Shown: positions 13,515 to 26,578, counted from the stretch's first letter. The stretch: 64,000 bases of DNA from Octopus vulgaris (GCA_951406725.2 OX597829.1:44020001-44084000), one strand, 5' to 3'. Made by a program: numbers and translations. Notes: generated by a model from the letters alone, not told the origin.

Positions 13515-13847
13515 CATATATTTATTAATTATATCTTTATTATATGTATAATTATTATACATATGTGTATTCGGAAGAGCAATCCGCTGTAAAAATACAC
13601 GGTTGCCCAACCTGATGAAAGCGCAGGAGAAAGTGAAAGAGAGGGAGGGAGGGGGGAACCGCACGATGGTGATGGTGGCAAAATGCCGGGCATGCTCACA
13701 AGAAACGGTGACCAGAGACGGCTGAGTAAAGTCATGAGATGTATAGTGACAAGTGCCAGGAGGTTATATACATATAACGCATGCTTTATATGTGTGTATG
13801 TATGTATGAATATATGTATATGTATGCATGTATATATATGTATATAT

Positions 13848-14115
13848 CACGTGACCGACCAGACCATCAGATGTTGCGACACAATGCGAAGTGCATTGTT
13901 TTAGCCTTCGAATAAGCGAGCAGGCCAACAGAAGAAAGAGAGAAAGAGTGGTGAAAGAGTACAGCAGGGATTGCCACCACCCCCTGCCGGAGCATCGTGG
14001 AGCTTTTCGGGTGTTTTCGCTTAATAAACACACACAACGCCCGGTCTGGGAATCGAAACCGCGATCCTACGACCGCGAGTCCGCTGCCCTAACCACTGGG
14101 CCATTGCGCCTCCAC
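13848..14115 (-). mobile_element. tRNA-derived SINE family C (tail type 1)
   Basis: Head gtggaggcgcaatggcccagtggttagggcagcggactcgcggtcgtaggatcgcggtttcgattccc; matches the 46085 and 57155 copies. Confidence 0.85.
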
Positions 14116-14121
14116 ATATGC

Positions 14122-14269
<148 letters not shown>

Positions 14270-14889
14270 ATAAATTAATTTTACTCTGCTATGTATTGAG
14301 TACCTTACTTACTGTGGTTAACCCCGAATCAACCCGGGACCTAATATATATATATATATATATATATATGCTTATATATATATCTGTGTGTGTGTTTATA
14401 TATCTATACACCTAACATAATTTTATTCACAAATCTAAAATCCAAAACAGTATTGCAAATACCTAAGGCATACACAGCTGAACTTAGCGATGTAGTTAAA
14501 GACTCGGTGTCCTTTGAAAATCTATACAATAATAATACTACAAATCATAATACGTTCACACAGCTTATCTGCGAGTCGACACGTACACATCTACACGCCC
14601 ACAAAGGAACAATTAGATACTCCTCCCTGTCTTGTAGAAGAGCAGGAGACGGCAAGAGAACAATGTGCATCGCTCAAAAGATCAAGATCAAACTGTTTTT
14701 TCTCTCATCTGAAGTATGACCTTTTATGTGAGTACCCGGCAATTAGGCAAAACATCAAAGCTGGTGAATCAGATAGGTGAAACGATCATCTTCCTCTCTA
14801 CCTGTGGCTTTATATACGAACTACATTGAATAGATAGGTAGAGAGATGGATATATAGATAGATAGATAGTTAGATAGATAAAGAGATAT

Positions 14890-14926
<37 letters not shown>

Positions 14927-14943
14927 CAGACAGAGAGCTAGAC

Positions 14944-15028
<85 letters not shown>

Positions 15029-15087
15029 TAAATAGAGACACAGACAAATAGATAAAAAGACAGACAGACAGATGAATATACATGTGC

Positions 15088-15124
<37 letters not shown>

Positions 15125-15398
15125 AATATATATATATATATAAATATATATAGTTGCATATATAAATACACATATACATGTATATATATTATATGTTTAC
15201 ATCTATGTATGTTTATGTGTGCGTATAGTGTATTAACACAGTGTATTCATGTACATATATACGGTTATGAGATATATATTCTGCATAAATACAATATATT
15301 TCATATATAATTTCTATAAATATGCAACTAATGTTGTGTGTGTATACATACATACATACATACATATATATATATACATATACATATATGTATGTATG

Positions 15399-15439
<41 letters not shown>

Positions 15440-15444
15440 GCATT

Positions 15445-16360
15445 ATTTACATAATTTACATTCAACGCATATTTGTTCTTAACACAAAGTTTCGGCTGAT
15501 TTACCTTCTTGGAGAAATTTCGAACGTGGGTATTATTCGTTGTCATTATTATAATAGAAATCTTGGGGTTAGTAACCTGCGCTCTTACCACTACACTATA
15601 TGCTCGTATGTGATTTTGGAGTGAATTTTAGGGCCTATAAATCTAACATTTTCCTATCCTTCTTTAATACCAGTTCCCATATGCTGCTCATATCTGCACT
15701 CGGTCTGCTTAGGAGGTTGTTGTGTCCTAGCATATGTGCTGCTTCTTTTAGTTTTCGTATTTTCCAGTGCTGTTCTCTGTCTATTATTTTAACTTTAACT
15801 TCATAAAATTATCAACCATCTTACAAACAATAACTCTGAGCACCTTTTCAAACTCCACCCATCTAACACCCGTGGACATATTTACAAAGTAAGAAAACAG
15901 CACAGCTCCCATGACTTCAGGAAACATTTTTTCACGCTGAGAGTTGCTGAAGCATGGAACAAACTGCCGGCATCAGTTGTTAGTTGTCGGAGCACTGCAT
16001 CCTTCAAAACTTCCATGCTTCCTGAGATTCGCCAACACTACACCTGATCTCCTCCCCTCCATACACACACAAGCATCTATCTAACTCATACATTGTTCGC
16101 TTTCCAGACATTTTTACATTACTGCATGTACTTTATATGCACTTTCTGACAAGTTGTGGTGCACCTGAGCACTGTATACAATAATTTCATTATTATTATT
16201 ATTATATAACTTCATCCCACAGGGGGAGGCAGTCCCCATTTTTCCATACATGATCAGCTATACCCGGTTTATCAATATCTCCACGTTTCACATATTTGCG
16301 CTGTTCGTCAACCCTTATTCTGAGGGGGCGGCATTTTCGCCTTTGTATAACCTACCACAG
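15445..16360 (-). mobile_element. Penelope-like element 3' fragment (GIY-YIG C-terminus, tRNA-like module, deleted hammerhead region), interrupted by a CR1
   Basis: The minus strand translates as GIADHVWKNGDCLPLWDEVK..IIDREQHWKIRKLKEAAHMLGHNNLLSRP, resembling the end of a PLE GIY-YIG domain. Homologous to 41200-41540 and 56190-56565. Confidence 0.7.
15805..16206 (+). mobile_element. CR1-clade LINE, 5'-truncated
   Basis: Translates as ..SNTRGHIYKVRKQHSSHDFRKHFFTLRVAEAWNKLPASVV..FK (typical CR1 ORF2 end). (ATT)n tail; TSD taacttcat at 15796-15804 and 16207-16215. Confidence 0.85.
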
Positions 16361-16493
16361 CAGCATTATCAAAATGATCTAGAATTAAGTGAAATTATCC
16401 TACAACAATAACTCGTTCTTTTTCAATAGTTTACATTGTAATTCTCGTTTCCTTGTTGACATGTCTATTTCTCGTTTCTTTAAGATTTCCATG

Positions 16494-16848
16494 ATGGTGG
16501 TGACGCAAATTAAGAAATGAGTAGCCAGGAATTAGTAACATGTTACAGAGAGAATCTGAAACCGGGCATGACTGACATCAGAGCTTTCAACGGGGCTGCA
16601 CTTCTGTGCCGGAATTAACATAATGTTCCCAGGAGTTATCAACACGAGGAAAGTGAAAAAAAGTTATTTCCTACGAATATTTTAAAGAGGTGAATTTTAT
16701 GAAATCGAGAATGGCTCTGCATAATTTGAAGGTCGATAAGACCATACCAATAGATGATCTTGTACGAGGATCTTTTAAGTTCAATTTCTTTTTTGCTTTG
16801 TGGTTCAAGCACTTCTTCGAAGCAAATCGCAATGTGGATGATAGCTAA
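16494..16848 (+). pseudogene. EB1/MAPRE-like pseudogene (CH domain, about 3 frameshifts)
   Basis: Piecewise translation MSSQELVTCYRENLKPGMTDI / ELSTGLHFCAGINIMFPGVINTRKVK / VISYEYFKEVNF..DKTIPIDDLVRGSFKFNFFFALWFKHFFEAN aligns to the 47553-48458 protein. Confidence 0.85.
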
Positions 16849-17103
16849 AAATTTCACAATCTAAAAACCTCGTTAAAAAAGAAGTGGGACTGCATCCAAT
16901 TTATTTTAGCCACATGTTATTAAAAAAGTCATAACTTTGAAATTGTAAATAAATATTAAAAATCTGTAAACCATAACGTTTATTTGTATATCAGAAATAA
17001 AGTATAATGCTTAATATTAAATGATACGCTCTTTTTGAATACCAACTTCCGTTTGAATTCTATATGTAAACAAATAGTTTTTCTTCGAATTCTTCATGTA
17101 AAC

Positions 17104-18735
17104 CAGTGCTGCCCAACGTCCGGCTCACTAGTCGGTCTTCAATTTATGGTTATCTGCAAAACAAATTACAAAAAATGTATTCGTAGATCACAAAAAATCA
17201 CATTAAAGTATCCTCTTTTTGGTGAGGAAGCGTGCTACACACAGGTCTTCTCCATACGTCAATATGAGACATCTGCGATATAGTTACGGGACACGGGTAT
17301 TTGGTAATGTTAGTCTCATCTAAGGCGGCGAGCTGGCAGAAACGTTAGCATGCCGGTCGAAATGCTTAGCGGCATTTCGTCTGCCGTTACGTTCTGAGTT
17401 CAAATTCCGCCGAGGTCGACTTTGCCTTTCATCCTTTGGGGGTCGATAAATAAAGTACCAGTAACGCACTAGGGTCGATGTAATCGACTTGATCCGTTTG
17501 TCTGTCCTTGTTTGTCCCCTCTATGTTTAGCCCCTTGTGGGTAGAGTCAGCTGCTGACCGTGTTGTGGATGAATACCGATTTTCGGTGGCTGAAAACTAA
17601 AGTCAAGCCGGCTCGAGTCAGCAGCCAACCACGACATCGCTCAATCAATGGGGGAAATCACCGCCTAAGAATTTCATTAGATTTTGTGCTTGAAGACCGA
17701 TTCTCGCTGGTTGAATGAATAATTCGATAAAACTGGTATTTGAGGTGATTTAATTTCAAATTTACTCAGGCACAACTTTTGACACGGAAGCCTTTCTTTT
17801 TCACAATAAATTTCAAATTTTGTTCATCCATGGCGTCGGCTAGAAAAATCAGAAAAGTAGACAAGGAGAATCGCAGGTTAAACGAGGCATGGACAAATTT
17901 ATATTTCTTCGTGGAATCAAATGCAAAATGTATGTCTGATCTGTGGTGAAACAGTCGCAGTTCCAAAAGTTGAAAATGTGAAACGGCATTACACATTAAA
18001 GCACGCTTCGACCCATAATCGATACGAAGGAGATCAACGCAAGGAGAAAGTACTTTTACTTCAAAGTAATTTAGTCTCGCAACAGAATATTTTTCGGAAA
18101 ATAGATGATGGATCGAAAAAATACGCCAAAGTAAGTTTCGTCATTGCTGAAAAGAATGCACGCAATATGAAACCTTTTTCGGAAGGAGACTTTATCAAAG
18201 AATATACTACCTCGGCGATTGAAATTTTCTGCCTAGAGAAAGAGAAAGCTATAAAATGTGTTAGCTTGTCGCGTAATACAATAACTCAAAGGATTGAAGA
18301 ACTGGGCGAAAATACGAAAATGCAGTTGAACGAACTTTGTAAAAACTTCGAAACTTACAGCATTGCCATCGACGAATCTACTCACATGACTGATACACAA
18401 CAACTGGCGATTTTCGTGAGAGGTGTTGATTCAAGTTTTAATATCACTGAAGAATTACTTGCTCTATGTCCAATGAAAGAAAATTGCACAGGTGCTGCTG
18501 TTTTCAAAGAAATCGATATTGCACTCGAAAAGGCGGGACTGACTTACGATCGCCTACTGGGAATTGGTACCGATGGTGCACCGGCCATAATCGGCAAGGA
18601 ACAAGGCTTGCGTGGTTTCCTCCAAAGAAAACTGGAATCTCTGAAAGTGAGTAAAGACCAAATATTGTGGTACCATTGCATTATACATCAGGAATCACTT
18701 TGCTCTAAAATCATTAAGTTTGATCACGTGACTGC
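17104..18735 (+). mobile_element. hAT transposon (GTF2IRD2/Charlie/SPIN-like), 3'-truncated
   Basis: Putative left TIR cagtgctgcccaacgtccggc at 17104, followed by a transposase; no right TIR found. Confidence 0.75.
17323..17543 (+). mobile_element. SINE family B nested in the hAT 5' region
   Basis: ggcggcgagctggcagaaacgttagc...tttagccccttgtggg. Confidence 0.85.
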
Positions 18736-18865
18736 GGAGGCAGTTACTGAGGAAATTTTGTTAAAGGTCACAGCGACCTTTGACAAGAAAGAATTTGCTT
18801 TCCTCTTTGCAGGCCCCGACCTGTCGATGCAGAGTTGTCTGCAGGCGGCAGGTAACTTATTTTAG
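17830..18865 (+). pseudogene. hAT transposase pseudogene (GTF2IRD2/EPM2AIP1-like)
   Basis: MASARKIRKVDKENRRLNEAWTNLYFF, then a frameshift near 17930 into CLICGE..KRHYTLKH (BED-like finger), SIAIDESTHMTDTQQLAIFVRGV, TDGAPA and HCIIHQESLC. Homology appears to stop near 18735, before the C-terminal dimerisation domain. Confidence 0.88.
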
Positions 18866-19273
18866 GGGACCTGACAAAGAGAATTGTAAGAAAATTTGAT
18901 ACCGTTGTAAAGAAACTTTGTATTCGAGGGTTTGTCGGTCGGTGGGCGCCAACATTCCTCCCATCCGCATTATTTCGTTCCATTTCGTCTCATCCTGTCT
19001 ATGTCCAGCCCACTTGCTTCTATCTATGTACTGCTCTCGTGGCAAATTTTATAAAATAAAGAAGGGATGAGAAGATGATTTTCTCTCGCTCATCAAAGTA
19101 GAAAAGTCAGGTGGGTGTTGTTTTCGGCTTCAAACCGAATATGTGTTGCGACGTCATAGGTGCCGAGCTGTATCGGCATTTGTCCTTGTATCTTAAGGAA
19201 GATATGTGGTTAGCACAGCGATTCTTGAAGTCAATTGTTGTTGATCGATATTTCTCCAATTTCTATTTACTTG

Positions 19274-19374
<101 letters not shown>

Positions 19375-20135
19375 TATTGTCATCAAAAAAAGGGGTAGAA
19401 TTAATTAATTGTTAATAAATTCGACCAAGCAGTATTCGGTATGTAAAGACCATTTACGGTATATTTGAAGTATTAATTTATAAAAATATGGTAAAGTAAA
19501 AAAATTCACTTTACCACACACCGAACTTTTCAGAAATAGCAGCCAAAAATTTGGCTATTTCTTCAAATGGTCTTTACATACCGAATACTGCTTGGTCGAA
19601 TTTATTAACAATTAATTAATTCTACCCCTTTTTTTGATGACAATATAATGCTTTATCTCCAAGAATTTGAACTGCAGTTTTTACCTCTGTAGAAATGTAA
19701 TGCTCTATGACTCACGTGGGTGGACAGGGAGAATAATAGATCTCATTCGTATTTTTGGATTCGCTAGTACTGGGTGTCTGGCATGGTTTGTCCGATGTTA
19801 CAGATATCGGACGGGTATGTTAGATTCTTAGTATTTTCAAATCTAAATCAGAAGAAATCTCTGAGCTGATGAAGGAAAAGTGGCGTTTTACCCACAAATC
19901 CAGAAACAGACTGTCCTCGGGTATCGTATATGGATGTGATCTTTCATTGTTTTTCCCTTATACCTATGTGAGTTATTTTCTGAGTATGCATTGTCTGGAG
20001 ACTTTTATTTGCAGTTGAAGAAATAGCCAAATTTTTGGCTGCTATTTCTGAAAAGTTCGGTGTGTGGTAAAGTGAATTTTTTTACTTTACCATATTTTTA
20101 TAAATTTATACTTTTATAAATTAATACTTCAAATA
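19375..20135 (+). mobile_element. Hammerhead-bearing Penelope-like/retrozyme-like element with an inverted, permuted 5' arm, inserted in (TA)n
   Basis: 19375-19455 is the reverse complement of 19564-19645; 19462-19565 is the reverse complement of 20015-20135. (TA)n on both sides. Confidence 0.75.
19861..19920 (+). ncRNA. Type I hammerhead ribozyme motif
   Basis: ctgag CTGATGA a gga..gtgg..ccac..tcc a GAAA cag a ctg TC ctcgg. Stems I, II and III all pair; GUC site. Confidence 0.8.
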
Positions 20136-20162
20136 TATATACATATATATACATATATATAC

Positions 20163-20289
<127 letters not shown>

Positions 20290-20430
20290 TTATAACTTAA
20301 GGTATCTACGAGATACCGCCATGCTGAAAATAGCAGCCATGATCTGACTCTAAAACCACCTGAAGTGTTCATATAGCACACGGAGAGAAGATAAAATGAC
20401 AAAATAAAACTAGTAAAAAATTACTGGATA

Positions 20431-20489
20431 ATTCCAGGTCCCGGATTTCTGGCTTTGCATTTAGGAATGCTTTGCCTCATCAGTGGAAT
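20431..20489 (-). ncRNA. Hammerhead motif with mutated cleavage triplet, in an element at 20285-20495 (second copy 29930-30135)
   Basis: attcca CTGATGA ggc..gcatt..aatgc..gcc a GAAA tccggg ACC tggaat. Confidence 0.6.
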
Positions 20490-20663
20490 ATACGCAGAGA
20501 GAAACATAAATGTTTACGTTGTTACACTATGTGGGCAGTGCCTGGAGATTGCACTGAAATACCAGACGTTCTATATTACACTGTCTCGCATGTTTTCATA
20601 AATAAACAGAATGAGATAAAAATCCAAGGTTGTGAAAGTGTTTAGTACATTTATAAATAGAAG

Positions 20664-20711
20664 GTCTTACAGCTGTTTCCGGGATATTTTATATATCCCT
20701 TCATCGGAGAC
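20664..20711 (-). ncRNA. Hammerhead motif (core CCGATGA, one substitution)
   Basis: gtct CCGATGA a gggatat ataaa atatccc g GAAA cagctg TA agac; palindromic stem III. Confidence 0.65.
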
Positions 20712-20953
20712 GGTGTGGAGAGGATGGTTAAGTCATAGTTATTCTAGATAAGATATGAAATAGAGAGTGAAGTGGAGGAATAAAAATAGACATGAGATAT
20801 GCGGGGATATTGTATCTTCAGTTCAATTATTTAGGCAGAATGGTATACATATAAGATTCCTGTACCTTATGGTTAAGTTCCAACAGTATTTAAAATTATA
20901 TATATGTGCGTGTGTGTGTGTATGTGTGTGTGTGCGTATGTGCGTGTGCGTGT

Positions 20954-21290
20954 GAAGGCGTATGGCTCAGTGGTTAGAGCGTCAAGCTTACAATCGTGAT
21001 GTTGCGAGTTCGAATCCCGGACCGGGCTGCGTGTTGTGTTCTTGAGCAAGACACTTTATTTCACGTTGCTCCAGTTCACTCAGCAGTAGAAATGAGTTGC
21101 GACGTTACAGGTGCCAAGCTGTATCAGCCGTTGCCTTCCCTTGGATAACACTGGTGGCGCGGAGAGGAGAGGCCAGTATGCATGGGTGACTGCTGGTCTT
21201 CCATAAACAGCCTTGCCCGGACTTGTGCCTGGGAGGGTAACTTTCTAGGTGCAATCTCATGGTCATTTATGATCGACGGGGGTCTCAGCA
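20954..21290 (+). mobile_element. tRNA-derived SINE family D
   Basis: A box tggctcagtgg and B box gagttcgaatccc, followed by cttgagcaagacactttatttcacgttgctccagttcactcagc. A short related piece lies at about 19145-19185. Confidence 0.8.
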
Positions 21291-21451
21291 TATATATATA
21301 TATATATATACAACCACAATTGAGGAACGGCTATAATAGGCCGTTCGACCCACTAGAAATGGCAGCCAGGGCTCCAACCGCAAATAGTAGTAATTCCGAA
21401 ATCAGAGGAAAAATTAAAAAAACATTTACCCTGTTCTTGCTACCCTAATAT

Positions 21452-21498
<47 letters not shown>

Positions 21499-21549
21499 GT
21501 ATGCATGTATGTAGCCATATATGTATACATGTATATACATATATATATT

Positions 21550-21777
21550 TCCTTACTACCCACAAGGGGCTAAACACAGAGGGATCAAACAAGGACAGGC
21601 AAACGGATTAAGTCAATTACTTCGACCCCAGTGCGTAGCTGGTACTTAATTTATCGACCCCGAAAGGATGAAAGGCAAAGTCAACCTCGGCAGAATTTGA
21701 ACTCAGAACGTAACGGAGGACGAAATACTGCTACGCATTTCACCCAGCGTGCTAACGTTTCTGCCAGCTCGCCGCCT
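21550..21777 (-). mobile_element. SINE family B
   Basis: Reverse-complement match to 17323-17543. Confidence 0.85.
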
Positions 21778-22037
21778 TGTATATACATATATACTTTCAT
21801 GAATATATATTTGTAGGGTGGGGTTTAGTGTGCGCGTGCGTATGTACCGGTCTTACTGTCTATACGCCATTGTTAGTTATAAGATCTAATGAAATACAGA
21901 CAAAGAAACGCAAGGAGGCTTACCCCAAGACTCTCAGTTATCCACAGTCTGTTTGTTTAATTACTTCGGCAATTATATTCCTTTAATGAATGCTTAGAGG
22001 TACTCGAAAGGGTAAATTCATACTTTTTTGCGATGAT

Positions 22038-22450
22038 AGGCGCAGGAGTGGCTGTGTGGTAAGTAGCTTGCTAACCAACCACATGGTTCCGGGTTCAGTC
22101 CCACTGCGTGGCATCTTGGGCAAGTGTCTTCTGCTATAGCCCCGGGCCAACCAATGCCTTGTGAGTGGATTTGGTAGACGGAAACTGAAAGAAGCCTGTC
22201 GTATATATGTATATATATGTATATGTATGTGTGTGTTTGTGTGTCTGTGTTTGTCCCCCTAGCATCGCTTGACAACCGATGCTGGTTTGTTTACGTCCCC
22301 GTAACTTAGCGGTTCGGTAAAAGTGACCGATAGAATAAGTACTGGGCTTACAAAGAATAAGTCCTGGGGTCGATTTGCTCGACTAAAAGGCGGTGCTCCA
22401 GCATGGCCACAGTCAAATGACTGAAACAAGTAAAAGAGATAAAAGAGAGA
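22038..22450 (+). mobile_element. SINE family A, full length
   Basis: aggcgcaggagtggctgtgtggtaag...gaaacaagtaaaagag. Confidence 0.9.
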
Positions 22451-23839
22451 AAGAGATATTTCCCTAAAGGTCAGTAACACATTTAATTAAATGCTTAAAA
22501 TCAGGATTTGGAAGCAGCTCCACGAAATATCATTGGTCGTTGTTATGTAATCAGATAATTACATAAGAAGCTATACTGTTTGTGTTTTTTTTTTTTTCAT
22601 TTCTAACCCCGACCCACCACAACTTATTTGCCTGTTTCTACTCTCTAATAAAGGACAAGCAGTTCTTCATGATCACAGTAATATTAATATAGTTAATAAG
22701 TAACCAATGCTACTGCCAAAAATCGGATTTCTCCGACGAATTTATTCTTTAACCTCCATATTTTCTAACCCTTGCAATTAATCTTTTTACTCTAATCAAT
22801 TGTCAAACAACAAACCAGATTTTTGTGCTTCTTTATTTGCTTCTTTTAAGTTGTGTAATTCGCTATTTTACTAACATGTTATTATTATTATTATTTCGGT
22901 GGGTACAAACATCTGACATTAAATAGATTTTACTTGAATCTTCTAAATTACATCTGTAATTTATTTAATGAGTAATTCTTTCAAAAGATTTCCTTTCTAT
23001 AGGAAAATGTAGTAAAAAAAAAAGAATGTGAAAGGAAGGACCAATAAATGAAAGAAAAGTATAAATAAGAGTCGAATAAAATTCGAAACTAGAGCTGCTA
23101 TCTCTGCTTTCGTTGCTTGTATTTTAATGCAACGCATTAAGTTGATCTCTGTTGCATGCTTCTTGCAAAAGGGTTTAAAGGTCAGTTTCTTATTCATTAT
23201 TTATTATCTTTTAATGCAGGATAGATGAAAGGTTACAGTGAATCAGTTCTGTTTTAACATTTAAAGTATATCTATATTTGATATTAGGTAACAAGATTTA
23301 TCACGCTAACCCATTTGCTTCGAGTTAGAGAGACTACATTCTTCATTGAATAGGTTTTTCTTGTGCGTATAATAGCGTACATATACGCAATTCAATAATT
23401 CTAGCTGAACGTATTAGCAAGGCATGAAACGGTGCCTTGATTTCGATTCCGTTTGGAAATCATCTCACTCTTCCTTACGCAAATACAGTACTTAAGAAAG
23501 TATGAATACCCTAAATTTCTCGTTTCCTTATTCCTTTGAATCTGAAGTTTTTGAGGTTTGCGACATATATAGAGAGTTCTCGTCTGCCTATTCGTAAGTA
23601 ATAGTCAATTCATTGTATAAACTCTGAAAGTCTTAGAAAAAAAGGTAATTTAAAACATTGGGTGCATCTCCTTTTCTGCTCATGTGAACTGGTTTTAACG
23701 TTTCTATTCTGAAATAAAGCAAAATAATCGTGTTTCTTAGGAGGGTTGAACCGAAAAAGTCAAACGTAGATATCCTTTAATGATACAGCTATTATTGATC
23801 TCTTAGTCAGTTCTTACGCGGCAGATAATATATTCATGG

Positions 23840-24226
23840 GTGGAGGCGCAATGGCCCAGTGGTTAGGGCAGTGGACTCGCGGTCGTAGGATCGCGGTTTC
23901 GATTCCCAGACCGGGCATTGTGAGTGTTTATTGAGCGAAAACACCTAAAAGCTCCACGAGGCTCCGGCAGGGGATGGTGGTGATCCCTGCTGTACTCTTT
24001 CACCACAACTTTCTCTCACTCTTACTTCCTGTTTCTGTTGTACCTGTATTTCAAAGGGGCCGGCCTTGTCACTCTCTGTGTCACGCTGAATATCCCCGGG
24101 AACTACGTTAAGGGTACACGTGTCTGTGGAGTGCTCAGCCACTTGCACGTTAATTTCACGAGCAGGCTGTTCCGTTAATTCGGATCAACCGGAACCCTCG
24201 TCGTCGTAACCGACGGAGTGCTTCCT
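23840..24226 (+). mobile_element. SINE family C (tail type 2), full length with TSD
   Basis: tRNA-like head; TSD tatattcatgg at 23829-23839 and 24227-24237. Confidence 0.9.
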
Positions 24227-24383
24227 TATATTCATGGACATCTTACACGAGATTATCCTATCTTTTACCTCTATCGTCCGATTTTAAAGTTTTGAACGTC
24301 CCAATCACTGGTTCACTCGACTTACGACGGCGAGAATGACACAGATGTGTCAATAAAAGGAAATTTTAAAAATAGATATATAA

Positions 24384-24543
24384 ACGCAGGAGTGGCTGTG
24401 TGGTAAGTAACTTGCTAACCAACCACATGGTTCCGGGTTCAGTCCACTGCGTGGCATCTTGGGCAAGTGTCTTCTGCTATAGCCCCGGGCCAACCAATGC
24501 CTTGTGAGTGGATTTGGTAGACGGAAACTGAAAGAAGCGTGTC

Positions 24544-24586
<43 letters not shown>

Positions 24587-24798
24587 CATGTGTATGTGTT
24601 TGTGTGTGTTTATGTTTGTCCCCCTAGCATCGCTTGACAACCGATGGTGGTGTGTTTACGTCCCCGTCACTTAGCGGTTCGGCAAAAAGAGACCGATAGA
24701 ATAAGTACTGGGCTTACAAAAGATTTGCTCGACTAAAGGCGGTGCTCCAGCATGGCCGCAGTCAAATGACTGAAACAAGTAAAAGAGTAAAAGAGTAA
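24384..24798 (+). mobile_element. SINE family A
   Basis: Matches the family consensus; (taaaagag)n tail. Confidence 0.9.
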
Positions 24799-25291
24799 AC
24801 GGTTTCGCGATCTTGCTTCATTACGCTCTGAAAGCGTAACAGAAATGTATGCAGTTTTACGTGAGGCCAGAAGAATACTGAGAATAGTCGAGGAGCAGCT
24901 AATATATATTTATTATGGATCGTAAACTCACTTTCATTGGACTAAACAAGTGTATTTGGTTCTGCATTTTTTTCCTTTATTCTCAGTGGTCTTTTCAGTA
25001 CCGTAATGTATCATTGACAATAAAAAAACACATTGAAAAAATTAAGGTCAATGACACTTTTGTCATCCTCATCCTAAAAAGTAGTCACCATGACTTTCTG
25101 TGCTGATGGTTGGCTCTTGAAATTCTTAGGAATTGGACAAAAGATGTGACGGTATTCTATACGTTGAACCTTCGTTTACGGATTATGAAAATGTGGTCAG
25201 GTTTCATCAAGGTAAATGAAAAATGCTGAGAACACAGATTTGTAACCCCGACTCCCCCACCGCTCTCTCTGTCTCTCTGTCTCTCTGTCTC

Positions 25292-25348
<57 letters not shown>

Positions 25349-25367
25349 GGGTGTCAACAACCGCATA

Positions 25368-26203
25368 TCTATATATATAAAAGTAAGGTTGTGTGTCTGT
25401 CTCCTACGATTTGGATTCCTAACTACTCCCACATTTTGCGGTGCAGTTTAACCAAAACCGGGTATCTTATAGTCGTGATTCATATCGAGCCCTTCTGGGT
25501 ATTAGCGCGCGTCTACGATGAGTCTACGATTTAAAAAAAGATTTACCATCATTTTTTCTATTTTAATGCATTTTTTCGCTATTATATAAGGGAAGTAACT
25601 CTCTAAAAATGTCTACGATGAGTCAACGATTTAAAAAAAATTTTACCATCATTTTTTTTCCATTTTTAATGCATGTTTTTGCTATTTTTGGCTATTTCTG
25701 TAATTTATCCAGTACAACCATAAAAAATGCTTATATACTCTTTACTCTTTTTATTCTTTTACTTGTTTCAGTCATTTGACTGCGGCCATGCTGGAGCACC
25801 GCCTTTAGTCGAGCAAATCGACCCCGAAACTTATTCTTTGTAAGCCCAGTACTTATTCTATCGGTCTCTTTTGCCGAACCGCTAAGTGACGGGGACGTAA
25901 ACACACCAGCATCGGTTGTCAAGCAATGCTAGAGGGACAAACACAGACACACAAACATATACATACACATACATATATATACATATATACGACAGGCTTC
26001 TTTCAGTTTCCGTCTACCAAATCCACTCACAAGGCATTGGTCGGCCCGGGGCTATAGCAGAAGACACTTGCCCAAGATGCCATGCAGTGGGACTGAACCC
26101 GGAACCATGTGGTTGGTTAGCAAGCTACTTACCACACAGCCACTCCTGCGCCTATATAGTTATTTCCCTTACAAACCCGAGCAACGCCGGGCGATACTGC
26201 TAG
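25368..26203 (+). mobile_element. Non-autonomous Helitron with a nested SINE A
   Basis: A|TCtatatatataaaa 5' end; 3' hairpin cccgagcaacgccggg followed by CTAG|T; internal ~100-bp tandem duplication (gtctacgatgagtc..gatttaaaaaaa..ttaccatc). Confidence 0.8.
25738..26152 (-). mobile_element. SINE family A nested in the Helitron
   Basis: Full reverse-complement consensus, flanked by tatata on both sides. Confidence 0.9.
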
Positions 26204-26547
26204 TACTTATTAAAAACTTTTCGATTCCCGAAGTCTTCCGACATTTTCTCTAATGCATTATGATCACAGACCAATTGTGGAGCAAAGTCACGTATTATAA
26301 ATCTATCCGCGCGAAACATTTCTTCTATTCGCTACAAAATCGTGTCAGCGGTCGCAGCAGTGACGACTAATAAAACACACACAAACACACACACGTATAT
26401 GTACGTACATCAATATGTTTGCGTATATGATATAGATGCTGTAGATATTTCAGTTTACGTATATATGCATGCATGTATGTATGCATGCATATATATACGT
26501 ACGTATGTATGTATGTATGTATGTATGTATGTATGTATGTATGTATG

Positions 26548-26578
<31 letters not shown>

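Noticed and set aside
16494-18735. EB1 pseudogene next to a hAT as part of the same capture system as 50-53 kb
   Set aside because: This is a different hAT family (GTF2IRD2-like vs ZMYM1-like), and the pseudogene lies outside the putative left TIR, so the adjacency is likely coincidental.
18736-18865. C-terminal tail of the 314-aa hAT ORF as genuine transposase
   Set aside because: It does not resemble the expected continuation and is probably read-through past a truncation.
20954-21025. Possible tRNA gene (also the heads at 23840, 14115, 46395 and 56558)
   Set aside because: A/B boxes are present, but the acceptor stems do not close and the sequences continue into repeat bodies, so they are SINE-type heads.
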